64,000 nucleotides of DNA, taken from assembly GCA_963696385.1 (NCBI GenBank), contig CAVOKF010000004.1, positions 544,001 through 608,000 of the forward strand. The letters run 5' to 3'. Under the pieces are notes generated by a model. It was not told the DNA's origin. It saw only the letters and a list, made by a program, of their open reading frames with translations, and made no database searches. The translations under genes were made by a program, and so were the position numbers. Each line of letters opens with the position of its first letter. The first letter of the stretch is position 1. This stretch comes from an uncultured delta proteobacterium. Its GTDB lineage: Bacteria; Myxococcota_A; Polyangia; Polyangiales; Polyangiaceae. Positions 38,411-47,967 of the stretch are shown here, piece after piece.

Positions 38411-39379
38411 ATGCCGGCAGGCATCGCAGTCGTCCGGTGCGATGAGTGCAGGGCACACGACGTTGCCGCACACTCCCGCAACGCGCTCGACGCCCCTCTC
38501 GCCGGCCTCGCGCTCCTGCGAATATCCAGCATACAAGACGTTGCGCTGCTTGTCGGCGCATTCCAACGCGGGGCCGGGTTCTCGGACGCGTGGCCCCTGT
38601 TCAGGCGCGGATCGGGAGGCCCGGAAGTGCTCGTCGGTCCGGGGACCGTTCACGTGGCGCTCTCGCTCCCTCATCCCGGCGCCTTGATCGGGGCCGACCC
38701 AAAGCGCATCGTCAACCGTGCGGTTCGTCCCTTGCTCCGGGCGCTGTCCCGGATCGGGGCGACCGCGCATTTTTTTGGCCGCGACTGGGTAAGCGTTGGC
38801 CAACGGCCGGCGGCGTGGGTCGGCTTCGCGCACGATACATCGACCGGACGAACGCTTTTCGAGGCGTTCATTGCCGTTCGCAATCCGTTCGCGATCGCTC
38901 AGCGCCCGTCGTTTCGCGGCAGGGCCCACGCGACGTTGGAAGAGGTTGTGAAGCGGAACGTCAATCCGGCCGATTTGGCGACCGCCATCATCGATGCCTA
39001 CGTGGAGGGGCACGAGCGCATGAACGTCGACCCCCCGGCACCGGCGCTCTCGCCCGGCCCTCCAGACCTGCGCCACGAGCCGCCGTGGACGGCGACATGC
39101 GAGGAGGCGATCGGATGGCTGGGGGCAGGACCGGATGAGCGCGGTGTGTTCCGCGTGGGCGGCGACTTGCTCGTGTCCCGCGACGCCCTGAGCCGTCTGG
39201 AGGAGCAGATTGCGGCCCTGCCGCCTGATGCCTCCGCGGTCGCGTTGGGCCGCGTGGTGGACGAAAGCCTGGGCGCTCCACATGTCGCCCTCGAGGGCAT
39301 CCGAACGCTCTCGAGCGTGCGAGACCTCATCGCTCGTGCGCGTGGCGTGTCGTGCGTTCCCATACGCGGGCATCCTTGA
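38411..39379 (+). CDS. Divergent lipoate-protein ligase (BPL/LplA-like) domain protein
   Basis: VGAFQ, RRGSGG, C-terminal GGDL; canonical NDxxxxGxK is altered. Confidence 0.6.
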   Translation: MPAGIAVVRCDECRAHDVAAHSRNALDAPLAGLALLRISSIQDVALLVGAFQRGAGFSDAWPLFRRGSGGPEVLVGPGTVHVALSLPHPGALIGADPKRIVNRAVRPLLRALSRIGATAHFFGRDWVSVGQRPAAWVGFAHDTSTGRTLFEAFIAVRNPFAIAQRPSFRGRAHATLEEVVKRNVNPADLATAIIDAYVEGHERMNVDPPAPALSPGPPDLRHEPPWTATCEEAIGWLGAGPDERGVFRVGGDLLVSRDALSRLEEQIAALPPDASAVALGRVVDESLGAPHVALEGIRTLSSVRDLIARARGVSCVPIRGHP

Positions 39380-40904
39380 AGATTCGTACGAGCTCTCCGT
39401 CGAGGTGACCGTCTCGCACGCTGCTGTCCAAGATTTCCATCGCGCGCTCGATTGGAATGGCCGTCTTGTAGGGCCTGTCGCCCGCAGTCAGGGCATCGTA
39501 GATGTCGGCAATACTCATCATCTTGGCTTGGACGGGAATCTCGTCGGACGACAGCCGGTTCGGATAACCTGTGCCGTTCAGCCGCTCGTGGTGCGCGCCC
39601 GCGATGACCGGCACGCGTCGGAGCGACCTGCCCCAGGGAATTCGAGACAGGAATCGAAAGGTATGCGACACGTGCGAGCGAATTTCATCGAACTCGACCG
39701 GCGTCAATGACCCTCGGCCGAGCTTGAGGCAGGCGAGCTCGCGATCGCTCAGCAACGGGTGTCGATCGCCGTTGAGGTCGACGAAGGTCTCCTTGGCGAC
39801 CCGCTCGATTCGCTGGAAGTCGTCGCTCGACAGGACGGTCGGTTCGTTCGCAGCACATACCGCCGCCCATGCTTCTTCGAGCGCCGCGCGCTTGCGCGAT
39901 AGCTCGCGGTCGAGCAGGTCCATGGGGACGGGCCTCGGGCCGGCCTCGAGGATCTTGATTTTGCGCGCCAGAACGTCCGCCTCGATCGAGCGGGCCACGT
40001 AATCGAATCGCGCGCGGATCACGCGCAGGTCGTCGTCGTAAAGCTTTCTGGCCTTGACGAGGACTTTCTCGCGCACGCCGATCTTGCCGAAGTCGTGCAG
40101 CAGGCTCGCGTATTCGATTTCGCGCAGGTCCTCGACCGTAAACGCCGTGCGGCCATAGGGCCCGATCGATTCGCGGTCGACTGCCTGCGCGAGTTGCACC
40201 GTCAGCTCGGCGACACGCCGCGAATGGCCGCTCGTCGTCGGATCGCGCGACTCGATTGCCTCGACGCTCGCCTTCACGAAGCCTTCGAACAGCTGTTGAA
40301 TTTCCTCGTAGAGCAGGGCCGTCTCGAGCGACGCCCCCGCTTGCGAAGCAAGCAGCCCGAGCAGCTCTTCGCTGCGTTCGTCGAACGCCGTCACGAGGTC
40401 GGCGACGTCGGTCAGACTCGATAGTTTGCGGCTCGGGTCCCGCTTCTTGTTGATGAGTTGAATGACGCCAATGACTTCATCGCGCTGACTGATGAGCGGG
40501 GCGGCGAGCATCGATCGCGTGACGTATCCGGCACGGCGGTCGAAACTCGGATCGAAATGAAACGTGGATCCCGCTGGCAGCGCGTACACATTGGCAAGGT
40601 TCAACGGCGCCTTGTGGAGTGCCACCCATCCGGCGACGGATCGCTCGCTGAGCGGGATCGTGAATTCGCTGGAGTCGAAGGCGACACTGTCGTTTTGCGT
40701 CAGCTTGAAGCGAAGAGCCGAACCTTCGCCGTGCGACTCGACGATGTAAATGCTGCCGGCGTCTGCGCCGGTGACGAGGCGGCTTTTCTCCAGAATGAGG
40801 CCGAGCAGTCGGCCCACGTCGCGCACCGTCGTCATCGCTCGCGCGATATGGATCAGTTCTCCGAGCACTCCTGCGTCTCGATCGGAGCCCCAGTCGGCGT
40901 TCAC
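39327..40904 (-). CDS. GAF + HD-GYP cyclic-dinucleotide phosphodiesterase
   Basis: GAF (NLANVY..FD..GVIQLINK); SGHSRRV; LLHDFGK; HHERLNGTGYP; IADIYDALT..RPYK. Confidence 0.93.
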   Translation of the reverse strand: MNADWGSDRDAGVLGELIHIARAMTTVRDVGRLLGLILEKSRLVTGADAGSIYIVESHGEGSALRFKLTQNDSVAFDSSEFTIPLSERSVAGWVALHKAPLNLANVYALPAGSTFHFDPSFDRRAGYVTRSMLAAPLISQRDEVIGVIQLINKKRDPSRKLSSLTDVADLVTAFDERSEELLGLLASQAGASLETALLYEEIQQLFEGFVKASVEAIESRDPTTSGHSRRVAELTVQLAQAVDRESIGPYGRTAFTVEDLREIEYASLLHDFGKIGVREKVLVKARKLYDDDLRVIRARFDYVARSIEADVLARKIKILEAGPRPVPMDLLDRELSRKRAALEEAWAAVCAANEPTVLSSDDFQRIERVAKETFVDLNGDRHPLLSDRELACLKLGRGSLTPVEFDEIRSHVSHTFRFLSRIPWGRSLRRVPVIAGAHHERLNGTGYPNRLSSDEIPVQAKMMSIADIYDALTAGDRPYKTAIPIERAMEILDSSVRDGHLDGELVRIFKDARVWERTTRHAHER

Positions 40905-41040
40905 GCCCCCTGCTCGCGACTGAGGTTGAGGGTCCCGTGTCGCGCGATGACCTTGGCAGTCGCCCAGGACGCCCAGCAGCCGACGGCCGTACCCCGAGGG
41001 GCGCTCCGCATTGCGCTACCTTTCCGCGCGGGACACCGCG

Positions 41041-41997
41041 TCACTCGTCCGAAGGGGCGGCGAGTTTGCGCGACCAGAGGATGGCGTCTTTGCGACGCCC
41101 CGCGGTGACCAAATGGTTTACCAGGAGCCCCGTGCGGCGAAAGCCGTTGTGAAGGAATGCGATGGCCAGGGCGACGTCGTCACTTGGCGCGAGAGAGAAG
41201 CAGCTCACGACCTCCTCCGATAGCAGCTTGTCGCACAAGGCGCGCAAGCCGCCGACGGTCGCCGCCCTTTCGCTGTCGTTGCGAGGCGACTGCAAGAGCT
41301 CGAGGTAGGCGTTGCAGAAACACGCTTGCGACTCGGTCGACGCCACGAACTCGAGCCCCCCGCGCGTGCTGACGAGGACGTAGCGCCGCTCCACGTCTCG
41401 CCCAAACGACTCGAACGCCGTTAGCGCGCGCCCGCTGCGCAGGGCGGCGGAGACGGCTTTGCGTGCATCGTGCTCATCGAGGACGGCGACCTTCGCCTGT
41501 ACGGGCTTTTCTGTCATGTCACGGACCGCGCGCTTGGCGGCGGCGAGCGTTCGCTCCATGAGCTCCTGCGCCGCCGTCACGGCTTGGCCCGCCCCGATGG
41601 GCTGTGCTGCGACGAGGCGCGTTTCGCTCTCCACCGGCGGTTCGTCGCGCGATTTCGGATCGTCGCGTTGCGGCCGATTGGATTCCACGGGGGAGCCCAA
41701 CAGAAACGCGTCGCTACGCTTGTAGAACCCCGGGATGTTTCCCTCTTTCGAGAAACCGAGCTTTAGCCACGTTTGGACTTCATCGCGCTCGACGAGCGTG
41801 TAGATCTTCTGCACGCCCTCGCGTTGCGCGAGCGACTGGACGAACTGCCGCTTTGCCGTTGACGCTCCAGCACGAAAGTCGACCACGCGCATCGTGCGAG
41901 CCCGCCGATTGACGAGTAGGCAGAGCGAAACCGTTTCGTTCTGGACAAACAGCTCATCGACCGCCTTCTGCTGCGATCCGAGCGCTCTGGCCGCCAT
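41041..41997 (-). CDS. Tandem GNAT-like protein (resembles beta-lysine acetyltransferase AblB)
   Basis: MRVVDFRAG; LGFSKEGNIPGFY; C-terminal FLHNGFRRTGLLVNH..DAILWSRKL. Confidence 0.6.
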   Translation of the reverse strand: MAARALGSQQKAVDELFVQNETVSLCLLVNRRARTMRVVDFRAGASTAKRQFVQSLAQREGVQKIYTLVERDEVQTWLKLGFSKEGNIPGFYKRSDAFLLGSPVESNRPQRDDPKSRDEPPVESETRLVAAQPIGAGQAVTAAQELMERTLAAAKRAVRDMTEKPVQAKVAVLDEHDARKAVSAALRSGRALTAFESFGRDVERRYVLVSTRGGLEFVASTESQACFCNAYLELLQSPRNDSERAATVGGLRALCDKLLSEEVVSCFSLAPSDDVALAIAFLHNGFRRTGLLVNHLVTAGRRKDAILWSRKLAAPSDE

Positions 41998-42075
41998 TCC
42001 TGCACCCGAACCCCTTCCGCGCAACGACACCGCCGCAGCCTGCGCCTCGCACAACCCCAGTTCAAAGTTGGAAGA

Positions 42076-42105
42076 ACGCTACCACGGCCGAATTTGGGCG
42101 GTCAA
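42076..42105 (-). promoter_or_regulatory. Putative sigma70 promoter for the GNAT/HD-GYP operon
   Basis: TTGACC-N18-TAGCGT with a TG extended -10 on the minus strand. Confidence 0.45.
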
Positions 42106-42244
42106 GAGAAGCCGAGCCGATTCGGGAACTTGTATTCCCAATGCGAGAGTGGGAACGTCAGGCGGCAGCACTGCCGGAAACGGTAACGGTGAAGCGAACT
42201 CGGAAGGCTCCGGGGAACTCGCTCCCCTGTACGTCGTCACCCTA

Positions 42245-43186
42245 CTATTCGGTAAGTCTCATGAGCTCCGCGGCGTTCACGCCGAGCTTACTGAGCGCCT
42301 CGTGAGTTCGCTTGTTGGGGATCGAGACGAGCGTCGGCATGCCTCCGGAAAGCCCGAGCAATGGCAAGAAGCTCATTCCGCTTTCGTAGCGAGCCGCAAG
42401 AGTCAAGGTATCCATGTCGAGCACGGCCGAAATGCTTGCTCGTTCCTGACCGAGCAACAGAAGCAGCGTCTTGTCGTACTTGCCGTGTTGCGCCGTGGCG
42501 TCGACGAAGGCAAGGGTCCGAATGGAATTTGGGACTTCGACCTTGGGGTCAAGATCGACAATGGAATAGTCCGCAGCGACGCGCCGCGTGACTTCCTCGA
42601 TGGGTCGCAGCTCGGCGGCGGCTGAATCGACCGCTTGCCAGAGCGATGAGTCGCGGAGTCCACCCGCGAGGTGACGCACGATCAGGCCGAACAGTGCCGT
42701 GTCGCGAGGGCGAGCGCGAAGTGCGCGATCAAACCGCTGTCCCGTGGCGCTGGAAAGCGCCGTTCGGGTGTCGATGGCACGCGCATCGTCGTCGGCCCCG
42801 GCGTACGGCTGGGTGCCGCCTCGCAACCATTTCGCGGCGCTGCACAGCCCATCGAAATCCGTATGGCAAACGATCGTGTCCACCGGCCCGATTCGCGCGA
42901 TCACTTCCGGCGTGATCATTTCAGGGCATGCGCCGTGCTCTGCCTTGGTCGAGAGGACAAACCGCGGATCGTCCCGGTACTCGGCGTGCATGACATGGTC
43001 ATGATGGTCGACCCAGCCGGCCAGGCGGGGGCCAAGCTCTTGGATGAACGGCAGGGTGATTTTCTGGAAGCCGCCGCCCGACGCTTCCGAGGCAAAAGCG
43101 ACGTCGAGCACGACCACGCGTCCGGTCAGCTCCCGCGGGCGCGGGAGCTTTCGCGGAGATGCGAAGGCCAGCTCGGGTCGTGGCAG
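42245..43186 (-). CDS. DHH-family phosphoesterase-like protein
   Basis: VVLDVAF, WVDHHDH, CHTDFDG. The frame stays open and protein-like upstream of GTG 43117 (LPRPELAFASPRKLPRP), so the start is uncertain; 43186 is an in-frame CTG. Confidence 0.7.
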   Translation of the reverse strand: MPRPELAFASPRKLPRPRELTGRVVVLDVAFASEASGGGFQKITLPFIQELGPRLAGWVDHHDHVMHAEYRDDPRFVLSTKAEHGACPEMITPEVIARIGPVDTIVCHTDFDGLCSAAKWLRGGTQPYAGADDDARAIDTRTALSSATGQRFDRALRARPRDTALFGLIVRHLAGGLRDSSLWQAVDSAAAELRPIEEVTRRVAADYSIVDLDPKVEVPNSIRTLAFVDATAQHGKYDKTLLLLLGQERASISAVLDMDTLTLAARYESGMSFLPLLGLSGGMPTLVSIPNKRTHEALSKLGVNAAELMRLTE

Positions 43187-43285
43187 ATGCGCAAGCGTCT
43201 TGCCTATTTAGCACGCGAGCACCGGATGGATCCGCCCGTCGCGTAACACGAAGTGCCGCAGGCGGTGAGCTACGCTCTCGATCCG

Positions 43286-43993
43286 ATGAGTCAACCGCCT
43301 GCCCGAGCTGAGCTGCCGATCCACTTCGACGTCAACGGACTCGTACCCGTGATCGTGCAGGACCATTTGACAGGCGAGGTGCGCATGTTCGCGTTCGCGA
43401 CGCCCGAAGCCGTGCGAAACACGCTCGATACCGGCCGCGCGACGTTCTGGAGCCGATCGCGAGCCGAACTTTGGGAAAAAGGCCGCACGAGCGGAAACAC
43501 GATCCACGTCCTGCGCGTCCTGGTCGACTGCGACGCCGACTGCCTGATCTATTCGAGCGAGCCTTGCGGACAAACGTGCCACACCGGCGCGCTGAGCTGC
43601 TTCTTTCAGACGCTCGAGCCGGCGACCGCCGACGCTGCGGGTCAACCACAAGCCAGGGATGTGCCCCAAGCGACGGATGCGCCTCAGACGATGCTGGGGG
43701 CTCTCGAAGCTGCACTCGAAGCCCGCAAGCACTCGACGGCCGGGGCCAGCTATACGAAATCCCTTTACGATCGCGGTCCGGTCGCGATCGGGGCGAAAAT
43801 TCGCGAAGAGGCGGGCGAATTGGCTTGTGCCATCGAGGGTGAAACAGACGAGCGCGTCGTTCGCGAGGCGGCTGACGCCGTTTACCACGTGCTCGTCGGC
43901 CTGCGATTACGGGGCATCCCGTTTCGTCAAGTACTCGCCGAGCTGGCGCGTCGCTTCGGCCGGAGCGGACACGATGAAAAGGCTTCACGTTGA
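43286..43993 (+). CDS. hisIE: Bifunctional PR-AMP cyclohydrolase / PR-ATP pyrophosphohydrolase
   Basis: FWSRSR..LWEKG.TSG; DCDAD; CHTG..SCF; SYTKSL; KIREEAGE; EAAD..YH. Confidence 0.95.
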   Translation: MSQPPARAELPIHFDVNGLVPVIVQDHLTGEVRMFAFATPEAVRNTLDTGRATFWSRSRAELWEKGRTSGNTIHVLRVLVDCDADCLIYSSEPCGQTCHTGALSCFFQTLEPATADAAGQPQARDVPQATDAPQTMLGALEAALEARKHSTAGASYTKSLYDRGPVAIGAKIREEAGELACAIEGETDERVVREAADAVYHVLVGLRLRGIPFRQVLAELARRFGRSGHDEKASR

Positions 43994-44056
43994 CACTGTT
44001 TCGGCCGACGGCCTATTCTCGATGGGCGCCGAGGGCTTGGCCTCCGCCGCTCGCCC

Positions 44057-46198
44057 ATGACGATCAAAGTCCTCGTATTCGAGAGTGACCCGGCGTTCGC
44101 CGACGAGCTCCGGACGGAGCTCGGCACACTCGGATGCGCGACGACGGTGGTTGACGACGGCAACGTCGGCTTGCAGCGAGCCGCCGCTGAAAAGCCGGAT
44201 CTGATCCTCCTGTCGATCGAGCTGCCGCGGATGAACGGGTTTTCGGTTTGCAATAAGCTCAAGAAGGATCCCACCCTCAAGGACGTCCCGCTGATCATCA
44301 TGTCGGCCGAATCGAGCGACGAGACGTTCGATCAACACAAGAAGCTGCGGACGCGCGCCGAGGACTACGTACACAAGCCGATCGCGTTCGCCGAATTGCA
44401 AAACCACATTCAGCAATTCGTCAATCTCGGAGCGTCGCCGCCGGATTCTGACGCCGCAATCCTAGTCGAGGAGATCGAGGTGGGCAGTGCGGATTACCTC
44501 ATCGATGAACAGGGCGAGGACGCAGCCGCAGCGTCGTTGATCGACAACGCGGGCGATGCGGCGACCGACCGGAACGAGCCCGTGGCCGCCGTGCCTCCCG
44601 CGGCAGCAGCCCGACGGTGGCAGGACGCCGCCGACGACGTGGACGCCTTGGCCGAAACCGCGTTCAGCCGGCTGACCGGGTTTGACGGTCCCACCCAGAG
44701 CGGCTCCGACACGCGTGCGGCCCCGAACGGATCGGCGCCGCCGGACTTGGGGATCACGATCCAGCCCATGGGCTCGGTCACGCCGCCGATCGCCCGCCGA
44801 GCCAGCGTGCGTCCCGTACCTCCGGGGACCGCCACCGTCGATGCGAACGAGCACGAGCGTCTCCGGGCCGAGTACGTCCTTCTTCGCGAGCAGACCGAGA
44901 CGGTTCAGCGGGAGCTCGGAGAGGCGCGACGCAGTGCAGACAAGCTGAGGATCGAAGCTGCGGAGGCTGGAAGACTTGGCCGTGAGGTCGACGAGCTGCG
45001 CGCGAAACTCAGTGCTGCGACCAAGTCTGGGGGCATCTCAAGTCGAGATTTTCTGGATCTGCGGGAGGCGCTCAACAAGAAGGACAAGGAGATTCTGTCC
45101 TTTCGTGAGCAACTCTCCAGAAAGGACCGCGACATCGTCGAGTCGCAGGACCGTGCGCTCGCGCTCGACCGGGCCAGGGCCGACCTGGAAGAGCGGCTCC
45201 TCGCGCTCGAGCGACAGCTGGCCGAAACGAAGGAGCTCCAGGACGCGATTGCCGATGAACGCGACCTCGCCAAGAAGACGGCGGAGGACATGCGCTCGCG
45301 GTTCGAGCGGGCCAAGACGGAGGGCGAAGCGCGCGAGCGGCAAATCTCGGAGCTGCGGGCGCGCAACGCCGACGAGCGCGTCGCAAGCGAGGTCAAACTC
45401 GCCGCGGTAAGGGCCGAGCTCGATCAGCTGCTTGCGAACGAGCGAGCGGAACAGGCTCGCACACTGGATCAGGCGGAGCAGCGCCGGCGGGCCGATCTCG
45501 AGCAGCTTCGGCGCGAGCGCGACGCATCCCTTGCAGAGCTGCGCGAGCAGGTCGACCGGGAGAAGCGCGAGGCCTTGAGCGGTCAGGCAGCTCAGCTCTG
45601 GCAAGAGCACGAAGCCAAAATTTCAAACATCCAGCGCGCGCACGGGCAAGAACTGGATCGCCTCCGGACCGAGACCGCCCAGGGCGCCCAGACGGCACTC
45701 GACGAGGTGCGCTCCCGTCACGCCGAGGAACTGAGAACGGTAGGCGAAGACCGTGACGCACGAATCGCCGCGCTGGAATCGCGCATGAGTCGCGAGATCG
45801 CCGAGGCGCGCGAGGTGACGGCGGCCGCCGAGGCCGACGCCATCGCAGTTCGGAACGAGCTTCAAGCCCTTGGCGAGCGCAAGCGGGCCGCCGACGCGGC
45901 CAGCCAAGGCCGGATTGGTGAACTCGAACAGCGGCTTGCTGAGCTTCAAGGCGCTCGCGATGCCCTCGATCAAGGTCTCGCTGCGGCGAGCGATCGAGCC
46001 ACGGCCCTGCAGAGTGAGCTCGAGAGCTTGCGGCGAGAGCTCGGGGAAGCGAAGGACCGGGTCGCGAGCGAAATCCTGCGAAACGATCAGAATCGTGCGA
46101 AGTGGGATGCGGACCGCCAGTCGCTGGATCGATCGAAGGACGCTTTGGCCGTTGCGCTCGCGCAGATTGAGGAAGTCGAGGGGCGTCCACTCGAGTAA
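44057..46198 (+). CDS. frzS: FrzS-like pseudo-receiver + long coiled-coil protein
   Basis: VFESD..LILLSIEL (Asp->Ser), CNKLKKD..DVPL and FDQHKKL..EDYVHKP resemble the M. xanthus FrzS receiver; ~430 aa heptad-rich tail. Confidence 0.7.
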   Translation: MTIKVLVFESDPAFADELRTELGTLGCATTVVDDGNVGLQRAAAEKPDLILLSIELPRMNGFSVCNKLKKDPTLKDVPLIIMSAESSDETFDQHKKLRTRAEDYVHKPIAFAELQNHIQQFVNLGASPPDSDAAILVEEIEVGSADYLIDEQGEDAAAASLIDNAGDAATDRNEPVAAVPPAAAARRWQDAADDVDALAETAFSRLTGFDGPTQSGSDTRAAPNGSAPPDLGITIQPMGSVTPPIARRASVRPVPPGTATVDANEHERLRAEYVLLREQTETVQRELGEARRSADKLRIEAAEAGRLGREVDELRAKLSAATKSGGISSRDFLDLREALNKKDKEILSFREQLSRKDRDIVESQDRALALDRARADLEERLLALERQLAETKELQDAIADERDLAKKTAEDMRSRFERAKTEGEARERQISELRARNADERVASEVKLAAVRAELDQLLANERAEQARTLDQAEQRRRADLEQLRRERDASLAELREQVDREKREALSGQAAQLWQEHEAKISNIQRAHGQELDRLRTETAQGAQTALDEVRSRHAEELRTVGEDRDARIAALESRMSREIAEAREVTAAAEADAIAVRNELQALGERKRAADAASQGRIGELEQRLAELQGARDALDQGLAAASDRATALQSELESLRRELGEAKDRVASEILRNDQNRAKWDADRQSLDRSKDALAVALAQIEEVEGRPLE

Positions 46199-46313
46199 CG
46201 CGGGTCATCGGCCCCGCGCGTTCGACCGGACCACGCGGTTTGCCCGGGTGGCGGCAGGCGCCCCCGACGTCGGGTGAGACGGATACGGTGGTATGGTCGT
46301 CGCTCGATATCGC

Positions 46314-47561
46314 ATGCCCATTCGTGTTCTCGTCGTCGACGACAGTCCGACCATTCGGAAATTGGTGAGCGCCGTGCTCGAGCGGCACGGCTTCGAGGCC
46401 TTGCAGGCCTCCGACGGACAAGCCGCCCTCGAGCGACTTCTGGAATCGACGAGCTTGCCCGACAGGGCCGGTATCGAAGCCTCCAAGATCGACGTCGTCC
46501 TCGTGGATTTCGTCATGCCCAAGATGAACGGATTTCAGCTGTGCCGCGCGATGCGCCGAAACGAGGCGTTGCGGTCGACCCCCGTGGTGCTGATGAGCGC
46601 GAAATCCGACCGGATTCGAGAACACTTCGTTCAGCAAACCGGAGCCATCGATGCCATCTCGAAACCGTTCGACGCCCAGGCACTCATCGCCGTCATCGAA
46701 AATGCGATCCGCCGGACGGAGCAATGGCGCTTACGCGGGGGCGCGATATCCGCCACGATTCCGGACGATCTCAATAGCGTCGAACCGCCGCCTGTTGCGT
46801 CTGCCGACGATGCGCCGCGCGTGGCTCTCATGGGCAACCTTTCGATTATTCCCATAGGGGCTGTCCTGCAGCTGCTTCAAATCGAGGCGCAAAGCGGCGT
46901 CTTGCTTGTGACCGACGGGACCATCGAAGTGACGATCACCATCGGGCAGGGCCTCATCGATCTGGTGCAAGCTCGCAACGCCGGTGCCGAGTTCCGTCTC
47001 GGCCGGTACTTCGTCGAGCTCGGGCTCGTGACGCCCGAGGACATCGACCGTCTCCTTCGCGATCCCCTTTCCGGTCAGGAAGCGGGCGCGTCGCGCCGCA
47101 AATTACTCGGCGACCTGCTGGTCGATTCGGGACGGGTTACGCCCGAGCAGTTGCGTGACGCGCTGGCTCGCCAGTCGAGCGAGCTCGTGTACGACGTCTT
47201 GCGATGGCCGCGGGGGCGGTTCGAGTTTCGAAGCGAACCTCCCCCGAGCCTCGCAAGCAGCGCGCGTCTCGCGTTGCCTGTCGCGTCGGTGGTCATGGAG
47301 GGCTTCCGTCGCGTCGACGAGTGGCGACTGGTCGAGTCCGGATTGGGCAGTTTCGAGTCCATTCTGCTCGCAGACGTTGGGGCGGTCGACGCGGTCGGGA
47401 TCGGCCGTCTGGCCGTGGCAGAGCAAAAGCTGCTTCGAATGGTCGACGGGGAGCGAACGGTCCGCGAGATCGTGGATCACAGTCACATGTCGAGCTTCGA
47501 TGCGTGTAAAATCCTGTTTCAGCTGCTCGAGTCTCGTCTCGTGCGTCGGCGACTCGCGTGA
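46314..47561 (+). CDS. Response regulator with DUF4388/PATAN domain
   Basis: Canonical REC (DD, D, S, KP); GNL...VLQLL..SGVL; RLG..LG..L; W..G.FEF; MEGFRRVDEW. Confidence 0.85.
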   Translation: MPIRVLVVDDSPTIRKLVSAVLERHGFEALQASDGQAALERLLESTSLPDRAGIEASKIDVVLVDFVMPKMNGFQLCRAMRRNEALRSTPVVLMSAKSDRIREHFVQQTGAIDAISKPFDAQALIAVIENAIRRTEQWRLRGGAISATIPDDLNSVEPPPVASADDAPRVALMGNLSIIPIGAVLQLLQIEAQSGVLLVTDGTIEVTITIGQGLIDLVQARNAGAEFRLGRYFVELGLVTPEDIDRLLRDPLSGQEAGASRRKLLGDLLVDSGRVTPEQLRDALARQSSELVYDVLRWPRGRFEFRSEPPPSLASSARLALPVASVVMEGFRRVDEWRLVESGLGSFESILLADVGAVDAVGIGRLAVAEQKLLRMVDGERTVREIVDHSHMSSFDACKILFQLLESRLVRRRLA

Positions 47562-47947
47562 GCGAGCCGATCCTGTCGGGCGGCATCCTGGTGCAGGCGG
47601 ACCACGCAGTGTGCTTCGTGCCCGCGACCATTGCCGTCGAAATCGTCGCTCGGCCTCGGATTACCCCCGTTCCCGGAGCACCGCCCGAGTTGCTGGGAAT
47701 CGCACTGTATGCCGGGATTATCGTTCCGGTTCTTGCGATCGGTACGTCCAACGCCGAGATGATCGTGTGCCAACATGGGGGCGAGCTGATCGGGCTCTTT
47801 GGTGGCCGCGTCTTGCGGACCGGGTCCTTCGACGTCAAGGCCGACGGTCACGTCGAGTTCGACGGTCTCAGCGTACCGCCCTTGGACGTTGCCGCGGTTC
47901 GGGGACGCATCGAAGCCGGAGCGCTGGCTGCCCGCCGAACAGGTTAG
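47558..47947 (+). CDS. CheW-like protein
   Basis: EIV..P.ITPVPGAPP.LLGI..GIIVPV; GTGA-coupled to the upstream gene. Confidence 0.75.
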   Translation: MSEPILSGGILVQADHAVCFVPATIAVEIVARPRITPVPGAPPELLGIALYAGIIVPVLAIGTSNAEMIVCQHGGELIGLFGGRVLRTGSFDVKADGHVEFDGLSVPPLDVAAVRGRIEAGALAARRTG

Positions 47948-47967
47948 TTCGGAGCGAAGCGTGGCGC

